Shown here piece after piece: positions 55,129-64,000 of a stretch of DNA of 64,000 bases. Numbering within the stretch: the first letter of the stretch is position 1; each line of letters opens with the position of its first letter. Where the stretch lies: assembly GCA_035651815.1 (NCBI GenBank), contig DASRFB010000042.1:243-64242 (forward strand). The letters run 5' to 3'. Made by a program: the position numbers and the translations under genes. The notes beneath the pieces were generated by a model. It was not told the origin of the DNA. It saw only the letters and a list, made by a program, of their open reading frames with translations, and searched no databases. Origin of the DNA: Burkholderiales bacterium (GTDB lineage: Bacteria > Pseudomonadota > Gammaproteobacteria > Burkholderiales > SG8-39).

Positions 55129-55764
55129 GTGGCCCAATACTTCCAGATCGTTCCCTCGCACCCGCAGCGCCGGCTGATCGCGCGCGCGGCGCAGATCGTG
55201 CGCGCGGGCGGCGTGATCGCGTATCCCACGGACTCCTGCTACGCGCTCGGCTGCCACATCGGCGACAAGGACGCGATGCAGCGCCTGCGGCGCATCCGGA
55301 GCTTCGACGGGCGCCACCATTTCTCGCTCGTGTGCCGCGACCTCTCCGAGATCGGCGCCTACGCCAAGGTCGACAACGCCCAGTACCGGCTGCTGAAGGC
55401 GCTGACGCCCGGCAGCTACACCTTCATCCTGCGCGGCACGCGCGAGGTGCCGCGGCGCCTGCTGCACCCGAAGCGCAAGACGATCGGAGTGCGCGTGCCC
55501 GACCACCCGGTGGCGCAGGCGCTGCTCGCCGAGCTGGGCGAGCCGCTGCTGTCGACGACGGCGAAGCTTCCCGAAGACGAAGCGCCGCTCGACGGCGGCG
55601 AGCGCATCCGCGAGCGCCTCCAGCACGAGCTCGATCTCGTCCTCGACGCGGGATCGTGCGGCACCGAGCCGACCACGATCATCGACCTCACGGGCGCGGA
55701 GCCCGCGGTGGTGCGCCGGGGCAAAGGATCGCTCGCGGCGCTCTCGGTCGAGGCTCCGCTCTGA
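55129..55764 (+). CDS. yciO: L-threonylcarbamoyladenylate synthase-fold protein, YciO subfamily
   Basis: AQYFQIVPSHPQRRLIARAAQIVRAGGVIAYPTDSCYALGC ... PGSYTFILRGTREVPRRLLHPKRKTIGVRVP is collinear with the recalled E. coli YciO. GTG at 55129. Confidence 0.85.
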   Translation: MAQYFQIVPSHPQRRLIARAAQIVRAGGVIAYPTDSCYALGCHIGDKDAMQRLRRIRSFDGRHHFSLVCRDLSEIGAYAKVDNAQYRLLKALTPGSYTFILRGTREVPRRLLHPKRKTIGVRVPDHPVAQALLAELGEPLLSTTAKLPEDEAPLDGGERIRERLQHELDLVLDAGSCGTEPTTIIDLTGAEPAVVRRGKGSLAALSVEAPL

Positions 55765-55822
55765 TAAAATCGAGCGCATGAAAGGCCGTCCCTGGCGAAC
55801 CGCGGCGGCCCTCGTTGACACA

Positions 55823-55846
55823 AGGGGCGTAGTCCCCTCTTTTTTT
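55823..55846 (+). terminator. Intrinsic terminator after yciO
   Basis: agggg-cgtagt-cccct stem-loop followed by cTTTTTTT (55840-55846). Confidence 0.65.
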
Positions 55847-55875
55847 AAGAAAAATCGACACCCGCCCGGCGGCTA

Positions 55876-56538
55876 ATGGAGCTCAACCTCGTCCAGACCA
55901 TCGCGATCTACGCGCTGCCCGTCGTCTTCGCGATCACCCTGCACGAGGCCGCCCACGGCTACGTCGCCATGCACCTCGGCGACAAGACCGCGTGGATGCT
56001 GGGGCGCGTCAGCCTCAACCCGGTGCGCCACATCGATCCGGTGGGCACGATCGGCGTGCCGCTGCTGCTGCTCGCGGTCACCCAGGGCGCCTTCCTCTTC
56101 GGCTGGGCCAAACCGGTGCCGGTCAATTTCGAGGCGCTGCGCAAGCCCAGGCGGGACATGTTCTGGGTGTCCGCGGCCGGGCCGGCGGCGAATCTCGCCA
56201 TGGCGCTCGTCTGGGCCGCGGTGCTCAAGACGGGCGACCTCTCGGGAGCCGCGGACGGCCAGTTTCTCCTCGAGTGCGCGGCCGCCGGCATCCGGATCAA
56301 CATCCTGTTCATGGCGCTCAACCTGCTGCCGATCCTGCCGCTGGACGGCGGCCGGATGCTGGTCGCGCTGCTACCGCGCCGCGCCGCGGCCGGCTACTCC
56401 AGGCTCGAGCCCTGGGGCCTGCCGATCCTGCTCGGCGTGATCTCGCTCAGCTATTTCCATATCAACGTGCTCGGCGTGCTGCTCGCGCCGATCATGAACG
56501 TCTCGATGTCGATCATCGGGACGCTGTTCCAGCTCTGA
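55876..56538 (+). CDS. Site-2 protease family (M50) membrane metalloprotease
   Basis: HEAAHGYVA (HExxH), multiple TM segments, NLLPILPLDGG. Confidence 0.85.
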   Translation: MELNLVQTIAIYALPVVFAITLHEAAHGYVAMHLGDKTAWMLGRVSLNPVRHIDPVGTIGVPLLLLAVTQGAFLFGWAKPVPVNFEALRKPRRDMFWVSAAGPAANLAMALVWAAVLKTGDLSGAADGQFLLECAAAGIRINILFMALNLLPILPLDGGRMLVALLPRRAAAGYSRLEPWGLPILLGVISLSYFHINVLGVLLAPIMNVSMSIIGTLFQL

Positions 56539-56540
56539 CC

Positions 56541-57743
56541 ATGTTCGAAGAGCGCGTCGTCTCCGGCATGCGCCCCACCGGGCGACTGCACCTCGGCCAC
56601 TGGCACGGCGCGCTCAAGAACTGGGTGCGCCTGCAGGCCGAGCGCCCATGCCTGTTCTTCGTCGCCGACTGGCACGCGCTCACCACGCACTACGAGACGC
56701 CCGAGGTGATCGAGGAGAGCGTCTGGGACATGGTGATCGACTGGCTCGCCGCGGGCATCGACCCGGCGCAGGCGACGATCTTCATCCAGTCGCGCGTGGT
56801 CGAGCACGCCGAGCTGCACACGCTGCTCTCGATGATCACGCCGCTCGGCTGGCTCGAGCGCGTGCCGACCTACAAGGAGCAGCAGGAGAAGATCGCCGAC
56901 CGCGACCTCTCCACCTACGGCTTCCTCGGCTACCCGCTGCTGCAGGCGGCCGACGTGCTGCTCTACCGCGGCAAGCACGTGCCGGTGGGCGAGGACCAGG
57001 TGCCGCACATCGAGCTCATGCGCGAGGTCGCGCGGCGCTTCAACCACGTCTACGGCCGCGAGCCCGGCTTCGAGGAGAAGGCGAAGGCCGCGGCGAAGAA
57101 GATGGGCGCGCGCAAGGCGAAGCTCTACGCGCAGCTGCGCACCAAGTACCAGGAGCAGGGCGACGCCGAGGCGCTCGCCGCTGCGCGCGCGCTGATCGAC
57201 GAGCAGGCGAACCTCGCGCTCGGCGACAAGGAGCGCCTGTTCGGGTACATCGAGGGCGGCGGCCGTATGATCCTGGTCGAGCCCGAGGCGATGCTGACCG
57301 AGGCGTCGCGACTTCCCGGTCTCGACGGCCAGAAGATGTCGAAGTCCTACGGCAACACGGTCGAGCTGCGCGAGGACCCCGAATCGGTGAAGAAGAAGAT
57401 CCGCACCATGCAGACCGACCCCGCGCGCGTGAAGCGCAGCGACCCGGGCGATCCGGACAAGTGCCCGGTGTGGCAGTTCCACCTCGTGTACAGCGACGAC
57501 AAGACCCGTCAGTGGGCGAACCACGGCTGCCGCACGGCGGGCATCGGCTGCCTCGAGTGCAAGCAGCCGGTGATCGACTCGGTGCTCGCCGAGCTCGGGC
57601 CCATGCGCGAGCGCGCGAAGCGCTACGTCGACGACCCGACCCTGGTGCGCAACATCGTCGCCGACGGCAACGAGAAGGCGAAGCGCCTCGCCGAAGAGAC
57701 GATGCGCGACGTGCGTCCGGCGATGGGGCTCGCGTACACGTGA
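56541..57743 (+). CDS. trpS: Tryptophan-tRNA ligase (long form, about 400 aa)
   Basis: SGMRPTGRLHLGHWHG (HIGH-type), KMSKS, plus an insertion of about 65 aa and a C-terminal Cx21Cx6Cx2C motif. Confidence 0.93.
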   Translation: MFEERVVSGMRPTGRLHLGHWHGALKNWVRLQAERPCLFFVADWHALTTHYETPEVIEESVWDMVIDWLAAGIDPAQATIFIQSRVVEHAELHTLLSMITPLGWLERVPTYKEQQEKIADRDLSTYGFLGYPLLQAADVLLYRGKHVPVGEDQVPHIELMREVARRFNHVYGREPGFEEKAKAAAKKMGARKAKLYAQLRTKYQEQGDAEALAAARALIDEQANLALGDKERLFGYIEGGGRMILVEPEAMLTEASRLPGLDGQKMSKSYGNTVELREDPESVKKKIRTMQTDPARVKRSDPGDPDKCPVWQFHLVYSDDKTRQWANHGCRTAGIGCLECKQPVIDSVLAELGPMRERAKRYVDDPTLVRNIVADGNEKAKRLAEETMRDVRPAMGLAYT

Positions 57744-58573
57744 ACGAGCCCGTCCAGCTCGCCATCGCCACGCCGGTCGCGCCGGCGCCGCTCGCCCGCG
57801 TGCGCGGGCAGCTGCTCACCGAGCTGCCGCAGGACCTGTACATCCCGCCCGACGCGCTCGAGGTGTTCTTCGACACCTTCGAAGGACCGCTCGACCTGCT
57901 GCTCTATCTCATCCGCAAGGCGAACCTCGACATCCTCGACATCCCGATGGCGCGGCTCACCCAGCAGTACATCGAATACGTCGAGGTGATGCGCACCAAG
58001 AACCTCGAGCTCGCCGCGGAGTATCTCGTCATGGCGGCGATGCTGATGGAGATCAAGTCGCGGATGCTCCTGCCGAAGCCGCCGTCGGCCGAGGGCGACG
58101 AGGAGGACCCGCGCGCCGAGCTGGTGCGCCGGCTGCTCGAGTACGAGCGCATGAAGAGCGCGGCGCACAAGCTCGACGAGCTGCCGCACGCGGGACGCGA
58201 TTTCATGCCGGTCGAGGTCTGGGTCGAGCAGGCGCTCGCCGAGCGCCTGCCCGAGGTGCACCTGCCGGACCTGCAGGAGGCGTGGCGCACGCTGCTCGTG
58301 CGCGCCAAGATGACCCAGCACCACCGCGTGACGCGCGACGAGCTCTCGGTGCGCGAGCACATGAGCCTGATCCTGCGCCGCCTCGCGGCCGGCGCGTTCG
58401 TGGAGTTCGGCGAGCTGCTCGAGACCCGGCGCGGCCTCGCGGTGCTCATCGTCAACTTCCTCGCGGTGCTCGAGCTCGTGCGCGAGAGCCTGATCGAAGT
58501 GACCCAGTCGGAGCCCTACGCGCCGATCTACGTGAAGATTGCAGGGAGCGCGATCGTCCATGCTCAGCCCTAA
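57740..58573 (+). CDS. scpA: Segregation and condensation protein A
   Basis: [60 protein letters not shown] overlap with trpS. Confidence 0.88.
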   Translation: MNEPVQLAIATPVAPAPLARVRGQLLTELPQDLYIPPDALEVFFDTFEGPLDLLLYLIRKANLDILDIPMARLTQQYIEYVEVMRTKNLELAAEYLVMAAMLMEIKSRMLLPKPPSAEGDEEDPRAELVRRLLEYERMKSAAHKLDELPHAGRDFMPVEVWVEQALAERLPEVHLPDLQEAWRTLLVRAKMTQHHRVTRDELSVREHMSLILRRLAAGAFVEFGELLETRRGLAVLIVNFLAVLELVRESLIEVTQSEPYAPIYVKIAGSAIVHAQP

Positions 58574-59168
58574 CGAAGTGAAAACGGTGCTCGAGGCCGC
58601 GCTGCTCGCCGCGCGCGAGCCGGTCGCCGTCGGCGAGCTCCGCAAGATGTTCGACGAGGAGATCGGCGCCGACACCGTGCGCCGGCTCCTCGACGAGCTG
58701 CGCGAGTCGTGGAAGGACCGCGGCGTCGAGCTCGTCAATACCGCGAGCGGCTGGCGCTTCCAGACTCGCGCCTCGGTGCAGCGCTACATCGAGCGCATCC
58801 ACCCCGACAAGCCGCCGCGCTACTCGCGCGCGGTGCTCGAGACGCTCGCCATCGTCGCGTACCGCCAGCCGGTGACGCGCGGCGACATCGAGAACATCCG
58901 CGGCGTCACCGTGTCGACGCAGATCGTGAAGACGCTCGAGGACCGCGGGTGGATCGACGTCGTCGGCCACCGCGAGGTCCCCGGCCGCCCGGCGCTCTAC
59001 GCCACCACCAAGCAGTTCCTAGACGACCTCGGGCTGCGCTCGCTGCAGGAGCTGCCGCCGCTCGAGGAGATCGCGAAGACCCTTGAGCTTCCGCAACAAA
59101 CCGCGACGCCCGCTCCGGAAGCCGCCCCGTCCGGCGAGCCCGCTCCGGCCGAGCAAAGCCCGGCGTAA
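58560..59168 (+). CDS. scpB: Segregation and condensation protein B
   Basis: [12 protein letters not shown] ..., [49 protein letters not shown] at 58560 (TTG at 58539 is an alternative start). Confidence 0.88.
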   Translation: MLSPNEVKTVLEAALLAAREPVAVGELRKMFDEEIGADTVRRLLDELRESWKDRGVELVNTASGWRFQTRASVQRYIERIHPDKPPRYSRAVLETLAIVAYRQPVTRGDIENIRGVTVSTQIVKTLEDRGWIDVVGHREVPGRPALYATTKQFLDDLGLRSLQELPPLEEIAKTLELPQQTATPAPEAAPSGEPAPAEQSPA

Positions 59169-59928
59169 GCCAGCGCCGTCCGCGCCCGCGGAGCGGCTGC
59201 AGAAGGTGCTCGCGCGCTCGGGGCAGGGCTCGCGCCGCGAGATGGAGACGCTCATCGCGGCGGGGCGGATCACCGTGAACGGCGGGCCGGCGACGCTCGG
59301 CCAGCGCGTCGGTCCGGAGGACCGGGTGGCCCGCGACGGACGGCCCGTGCGGCTCGCCTTCGAGACGAAAGCGCCGCGCGTGCTGCTCTATCACAAGCCC
59401 GCGGGCGAGCTCGTCACCGAGCGCGATCCCGAGGGCCGTCCCACGGTGTTCGCGCGCCTGCCGCGCATCCGCGGCGGGCATTGGGTGGCGATCGGCCGGC
59501 TCGATTTCAATACCGGCGGGCTGCTGCTCTTCACCGACTCGGGCGAGCTCGCCAACCGACTCATGCACCCGCGCCACGAGGTCGAGCGCGAGTACGCGGT
59601 CCGGATCCGGGGCGAGCTCTCGGAGGCGCAGCTCGAGCGGCTGACGCGCGGCGTGCAGCTCGACGACGGGCTCGCGCGCTTCGACGCCATCGAGCCGCGC
59701 GGCGGGCAGGGCTCGAACCGCTGGTACGAGGTGGTGCTGCGCGAGGGCCGCAATCGCGAAGTGCGACGCATGTTCGAAGCGCTCGGAGCGACCGTGAGCC
59801 GGCTGATGCGCGTGCGCTTCGGTCCGTTTGCGCTGCCGCCGCGCTTGAAGCGCGGGCAGTGGCTGGAGCTCGAAGGCGCGCAGCTGCGCGATCTCATCGA
59901 CTCGCTCGAGGAGGCGCGCGACACCTAG
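59083..59928 (+). CDS. rluB: 23S rRNA pseudouridine synthase RluB (RsuA family)
   Basis: [31 protein letters not shown] (S4 domain), [32 protein letters not shown]. The only in-frame start upstream of the conserved S4 motif is TTG at 59083. Confidence 0.85.
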   Translation: MSFRNKPRRPLRKPPRPASPLRPSKARRKPAPSAPAERLQKVLARSGQGSRREMETLIAAGRITVNGGPATLGQRVGPEDRVARDGRPVRLAFETKAPRVLLYHKPAGELVTERDPEGRPTVFARLPRIRGGHWVAIGRLDFNTGGLLLFTDSGELANRLMHPRHEVEREYAVRIRGELSEAQLERLTRGVQLDDGLARFDAIEPRGGQGSNRWYEVVLREGRNREVRRMFEALGATVSRLMRVRFGPFALPPRLKRGQWLELEGAQLRDLIDSLEEARDT

Positions 59929-59945
59929 ACGGCGCCGTCTCCTCG

Positions 59946-59974
59946 TTGTTTCGCCTGTGTTTTCTTGCTATACT
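59946..59974 (+). promoter_or_regulatory. Candidate sigma70 promoter (TTGTTT-17-TATACT) upstream of rimP-nusA-infB
   Basis: -35 at 59946-59951 and -10 at 59969-59974, in an AT-enriched 90-bp spacer. Confidence 0.4.
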
Positions 59975-59989
59975 CTTCGGGCTATAGGG

Positions 59990-60012
59990 ATGGGCTTTCG
60001 AGCCCATTTTTC
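59990..60012 (+). terminator. Terminator/attenuator-like hairpin immediately before rimP
   Basis: atgggct-ttcg-agcccat (7-bp stem) followed by TTTTT. It ends 6 nt before the rimP ATG and lies downstream of the candidate promoter. Confidence 0.5.
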
Positions 60013-60018
60013 ATTTAT

Positions 60019-60450
60019 ATGGGCGATCTGGAGCAAGTGTTGGAGAGCACCGTTTCCGGGCTGGGCTGCCAGCTCGCCGATTTCGATTTTTCCAATAGAA
60101 ACCGTCTATTGAGGGTGTTCATCGACAAGCCGGCGGGCGTGACCGTGGACGACTGCGAGGCCGTGACGCGCCAGCTGCAGCGCGTGCTGCCGGTCGAGGG
60201 CATCGACTACGACCGGCTCGAGGTCTCGTCGCCGGGACTGGACCGGCGCCTGAAGAAGGCGTCCGATTTCGAGCGCTTCGCCGGTCACCGCGCCGACGTG
60301 CGGCTGCGGGTGCCGGTGAACGGCCGGCGCAACTTCGTCGGCACGCTGCGCGGCGTGCGCGACGGACGGATCGAGCTCGATTTCGAGGGCGGACACCTCG
60401 ACTTCGACCTGGCCGACATGGACCGCGCGCGCCTGGTGCCCGAGCTGTGA
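60019..60450 (+). CDS. rimP: Ribosome maturation factor RimP
   Basis: [22 protein letters not shown]... [15 protein letters not shown] at 60019 chosen by collinearity with the recalled E. coli RimP (MSTLEQKL...). Confidence 0.9.
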   Translation: MGDLEQVLESTVSGLGCQLADFDFSNRNRLLRVFIDKPAGVTVDDCEAVTRQLQRVLPVEGIDYDRLEVSSPGLDRRLKKASDFERFAGHRADVRLRVPVNGRRNFVGTLRGVRDGRIELDFEGGHLDFDLADMDRARLVPEL

Positions 60451-60476
60451 GCGCCGCTGTGAGAGTGGAGGAACGC

Positions 60477-61958
60477 ATGAACCGAGAGCTGCTGCTGCTG
60501 GTCGACGCGCTCGCGCGCGAGAAGAACGTCCACAAAGAGACGGTCTTCGGCGCGCTCGAGGCGGCGATCGCCCAGGCGACCAAGAAGCGCTTCACCGAGG
60601 ACGCGGACGTGCGCGTAGCCATGGACCGCAACACCGGCGACTTCGAGTCGTTCCGCCGCTGGCAGGTCGTGCCCGACGACGCGCCCGAGATCACGCCGCA
60701 CCAGATCCCGCTCTCGCAGGCGAAGAAGGAGCACGGCGACGAGATCAACGTCGACGAATTCATCGAGGAGCCGCTCGAACCGATCGACTTCGGCCGCATC
60801 GGCGCGCAGGCGGCGAAGCAGGTGATCCTGCAGAAGATCCGCGACGCCGAGCGCGAGCAGCTGCTCGCCGACTTCCTCGGCCGCGGCGAGAAGCTGATCA
60901 ACGGCGCGATCAAGCGCGTCGAGCGCGGCAACGCGATCATCGAGGTGGGGCGCGTCGAGGCGGTGCTGCCGCGCGACCAGATGATCCCGAAGGAGAACCT
61001 GCGCGTGGGCGACCGCGTGCGCGCCTTCGTCATGCGCATCGACCGCGCCCAGCGCGGCCCGCAGCTGATCCTGTCGCGCACCGCGCCCGAGTTCATCATC
61101 GAGCTGTTCCGCCTGGAAGTGCCCGAGATCGAGGAAGGCCTGCTCGAGATCAAGTCGGCCGCGCGCGACCCCGGCATCCGCGCCAAGATCGCGGTGCAGT
61201 CCAAGGACGCGCGCATCGACCCGATCGGCACCTGCGTCGGCATGCGCGGCTCGCGCGTGCAGGCGGTGACCCAGGAGCTGGCGGGCGAGCGCGTCGACAT
61301 CGTGCTCTGGTCGGCCGACCCCGCGCAGTTCGTGATCGGCGCGCTCGCGCCGGCCGAGGTGTCGTCGATCCTGGTCGACGAGGACAAGCACAGCATGGAC
61401 GTCGTCGTCGACGAGGAGAACCTCGCGATCGCCATCGGCCGCAGCGGCCAGAACGTGCGCCTCGCCTCCGAGCTGACCGGCTGGACCATCAACCTCATGA
61501 CCGAGGAAGAGTCGCAGAAGAAGAACGAGGAGGAGACCTCCTCGGTGCGCAAGCTCTTCATGGAGCGGCTCGACGTCGACGAGGAAGTGGCGAACATCCT
61601 CATCCAGGAAGGCTTCTCGACGCTCGAGGAAGTCGCGTACGTCCCCATCAACGAGATGATGGAGATCGAGGGCTTCGACGAGGCGACGGTGAACGAGCTG
61701 CGCTCGCGCGCGCGCGACGCGCTGCTGGTGCAGGCGATCGCGAGCGAGGAGCAGGCCGAGAACCTCGATCCGGAGCTCGTCAACCTCGAGGGCATGGACG
61801 CGGACCTCGCGAAGAAGCTCGCCCGCGCCGGCGTGAAGACGCGCGACGACCTGGGCGACCTCGCGGTCGACGACCTGACCGAGATGACGGGCATCGACAC
61901 CGAGCGCGCGAAGGCGTTGATCATGAAGGCCCGCGCCCACTGGTTTACGCAGGAGTAA
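60477..61958 (+). CDS. nusA: Transcription termination/antitermination factor NusA
   Basis: [18 protein letters not shown]..., S1 and KH domains ([16 protein letters not shown]; [17 protein letters not shown]), and C-terminal acidic repeats. GGAGGA RBS. Confidence 0.96.
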   Translation: MNRELLLLVDALAREKNVHKETVFGALEAAIAQATKKRFTEDADVRVAMDRNTGDFESFRRWQVVPDDAPEITPHQIPLSQAKKEHGDEINVDEFIEEPLEPIDFGRIGAQAAKQVILQKIRDAEREQLLADFLGRGEKLINGAIKRVERGNAIIEVGRVEAVLPRDQMIPKENLRVGDRVRAFVMRIDRAQRGPQLILSRTAPEFIIELFRLEVPEIEEGLLEIKSAARDPGIRAKIAVQSKDARIDPIGTCVGMRGSRVQAVTQELAGERVDIVLWSADPAQFVIGALAPAEVSSILVDEDKHSMDVVVDEENLAIAIGRSGQNVRLASELTGWTINLMTEEESQKKNEEETSSVRKLFMERLDVDEEVANILIQEGFSTLEEVAYVPINEMMEIEGFDEATVNELRSRARDALLVQAIASEEQAENLDPELVNLEGMDADLAKKLARAGVKTRDDLGDLAVDDLTEMTGIDTERAKALIMKARAHWFTQE

Positions 61959-61967
61959 CCTCAGCCG

Positions 61968-64000
61968 ATGGCCCAGACCAGCGTAGCGCAATTCGCGGGC
62001 GAGCTCAAAGTCCCGCCGTCGCAGCTGCTCGAGCAGTTGCGCGCGGCCGGCGTGCACAAGAAGGTCGCCGAGGACGTGCTGTCCGAGCAGGACAAGACCA
62101 AGCTGCTCGACTATCTGCGCAAGGTGCACGGCTCCTCCGAGCCGAAGAACAAGATCACGCTCACGCGCAAGCACTCCTCCGAGATCATCAAGCGCTCGGA
62201 CGCGAGCGGCAAGGCGCGCACGATCCAGGTCGAGGTCAAGAAGAAGCGCGTGTTCGTGAAGCGCGATCTCTCCGACACGGGAGCGATCCCGGTGGAGGCG
62301 GGCGCGCCCGGGGCCGCGCAGGTCGTCGATCCCCGCGAAGCCGAGATCCGCGAGCAGGAACGCGCGCGCGAGGAAGAGCTCGCCGCGCGCCAGGCCGCCG
62401 AGCTCGCCGAGAAGCAGGAGCGCGAGCGGCGCCAGGCCGAGACGGCCCAGAAGCAGCAGGCGGACGCGAAGCCGGCCGCGGCCCCCGCGACCCCGGGGGC
62501 GCCCGCCGGCACGACGCTGCACAAGCCGAAGGTCGCCGAGACCGGTCAGGAGAAGAAGACCGCCAAGAAAAAAGAGGTCAAGGTCTGGAAGGACGAGGGC
62601 GTCAAGCGCCGCACGATCAAGACGCGCGGCGACGTGCAGGGCGCCTCCGGCTGGCACAACCCGAAAGGGGGCGGGCGCCATCGCGCGGGCGGCGGCACGG
62701 CCGTCGAGCAGGCGCAGCAGTTCTCGGCGCCGTCCGAGCCCATCGTGCGCGAGATCCACGTGCCCGAGACGATCACCGTGGGCGACCTCGCCCACAAGAT
62801 GTCGGTCAAGGCCGCCGAGGTCATCAAGATCCTGATGAAGCTCGGGCAGATGGTGACGATCAACCAGGTGCTCGACCAGGAGACTGCGATGATCGTCGTC
62901 ACCGAGATGGGGCACTCCGCCAAGGCGGCGAAGCTGGACGACCCCGAGTCGCTGCTCGCCGACGAGTCGCCCGAGCACCACGAGGCCGAGCTCAAGCCGC
63001 GCGCGCCGGTCGTGACCGTCATGGGCCACGTCGACCACGGCAAGACGTCGCTCCTCGACTTCATCCGCCGCACGCGCGTCGCCTCGGGCGAGGCGGGCGG
63101 CATCACGCAGCACATCGGCGCCTACCACGTGAAGACGCCGCGCGGCATGATCACCTTCCTCGACACGCCGGGCCACGAGGCCTTCACGGCGATGCGCGCC
63201 CGCGGCGCGGGCGTGACGGATATCGTCGTGCTGGTGGTCGCGGCCGACGACGGCGTGATGCCGCAGACGATCGAGGCCATTCACCACGCCAAGGCGGCCG
63301 AGGTGCCGATCGTGGTCGCGATCAACAAGATCGACAAGCACGAGGCGAACCCCGAGAAGGTGAAGCAGGAGCTGGTCGCGCAGACGGTCGTGCCGGAAGA
63401 GTACGGCGGCGACTCGCCGTTCGTCCCGGTCTCGGCGAAGACCGGCGCCGGCATCGACGCGCTGCTCGAGCAGGTGCTGCTGCAGGCCGAGGTGCTCGAG
63501 CTGAAGGCGCCGGTCGACGCGCCCGCCAAGGGCCTCGTGATCGAGGCGCGCCTCGACAAGGGCCGCGGCCCGGTCGCGACCGTGCTCGTGCAGTCCGGGA
63601 CGCTCAAGCGCGGCGACGTCGTGCTCGCGGGCACCTCGTTCGGCCGCGTGCGCGCGATGCTCGACGAGAACGGCGAGCCGGTCCCCGAGGCCGGGCCTTC
63701 CATCCCGGTCGAGATCCAGGGCCTGTCCGACGTCCCGGCGGCGGGCGAGGACGTGATGGCGCTCGCCGACGAGCGCAAGGCGCGCGAGATCGCGCTCTTC
63801 CGCCAGGGCAAGTTCCGCGACGTCAAGCTCGCGAAGAAGCAGGCGGCCAAGCTCGAGGACGTGTTCGACCAGATGAAAGAGGGCGGGGTGAAGGTGCTGC
63901 CGCTCCTGATCAAGGCCGACGTCCAGGGCTCGCAGGAAGCGCTCATCCACGCCCTGGGCAAGCTGTCGACCGAGGAAGTGAAAGTGAACGTGATGCACAG
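61968..64000 (+). CDS. infB: Translation initiation factor IF-2 (3' end beyond the right edge)
   Basis: [29 protein letters not shown]..., G-domain [29 protein letters not shown]. Open to the end of the window, so it is absent from the ORF track. Confidence 0.96.
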   Translation, partial: MAQTSVAQFAGELKVPPSQLLEQLRAAGVHKKVAEDVLSEQDKTKLLDYLRKVHGSSEPKNKITLTRKHSSEIIKRSDASGKARTIQVEVKKKRVFVKRDLSDTGAIPVEAGAPGAAQVVDPREAEIREQERAREEELAARQAAELAEKQERERRQAETAQKQQADAKPAAAPATPGAPAGTTLHKPKVAETGQEKKTAKKKEVKVWKDEGVKRRTIKTRGDVQGASGWHNPKGGGRHRAGGGTAVEQAQQFSAPSEPIVREIHVPETITVGDLAHKMSVKAAEVIKILMKLGQMVTINQVLDQETAMIVVTEMGHSAKAAKLDDPESLLADESPEHHEAELKPRAPVVTVMGHVDHGKTSLLDFIRRTRVASGEAGGITQHIGAYHVKTPRGMITFLDTPGHEAFTAMRARGAGVTDIVVLVVAADDGVMPQTIEAIHHAKAAEVPIVVAINKIDKHEANPEKVKQELVAQTVVPEEYGGDSPFVPVSAKTGAGIDALLEQVLLQAEVLELKAPVDAPAKGLVIEARLDKGRGPVATVLVQSGTLKRGDVVLAGTSFGRVRAMLDENGEPVPEAGPSIPVEIQGLSDVPAAGEDVMALADERKAREIALFRQGKFRDVKLAKKQAAKLEDVFDQMKEGGVKVLPLLIKADVQGSQEALIHALGKLSTEEVKVNVMH

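Noticed and set aside
59927-59940. Neisseria-type DNA uptake sequence pair (contains gccgtct in inverted orientation)
   Set aside because: Only 7 of the 10 DUS core bases are present. I found no other copies in 64 kb, and the genome composition is unlike Neisseriaceae. It is more simply a small palindrome or terminator stem after rluB.
60119-63998. 601-aa and 1237-aa minus-strand ORFs antisense to nusA/infB
   Set aside because: They lie antisense to two universally conserved genes, and their composition is typical of high-GC shadow ORFs.

Overview
This is a 64-kb, visibly high-GC proteobacterial chromosome segment. It is almost fully coding, with about 66 protein genes and 3 tRNAs, and is overwhelmingly housekeeping. 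The gene order is: rne | rluC, maf, yceD-rpmF-plsX-fabH-fabD-fabG-acpP-fabF, rpoE-degP, lepA-lepB-rnc-era-recO-pdxJ-acpS-nagZ, efp, uvrC-pgsA-tRNAGly-tRNACys, tamA-tamB, tRNALeu, fdxA, a LIV-type ABC importer, a GldA/F/G-like ABC system, trpH-yciO, trpS-scpA-scpB-rluB, rimP-nusA-infB. This is core synteny that I associate from memory with Beta/Gammaproteobacteria, most like Burkholderiales-type betaproteobacteria. I saw no rRNA, CRISPR, transposase, integrase, phage or recognisable defence genes. Many very long extra ORFs in the track are Arg/Ala/Pro-rich shadow frames typical of high-GC DNA and were rejected. I do not see a clear-cut, self-contained novel system. Five loci are the most worthwhile. 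(1) A 7Fe ferredoxin sits next to a ~1170-aa single-chain fusion of GltD/NfnB-like and PyrK/NfnA-like modules with an unknown N-terminal domain. (2) An rpoE ortholog abuts degP directly, with no rseA/rseB-type anti-sigma genes, and is preceded by a YgfX/CptA-like membrane protein. (3) A DegP-like PDZ protein has all three catalytic-triad positions substituted. (4) A GldA/F/G-like ABC module is followed by a DUF4340-like gene. (5) TrpRS carries a four-Cys Fe-S-type motif. All start sites, domain names and family assignments come from reading the translations and from recalled family signatures. No searches were run.
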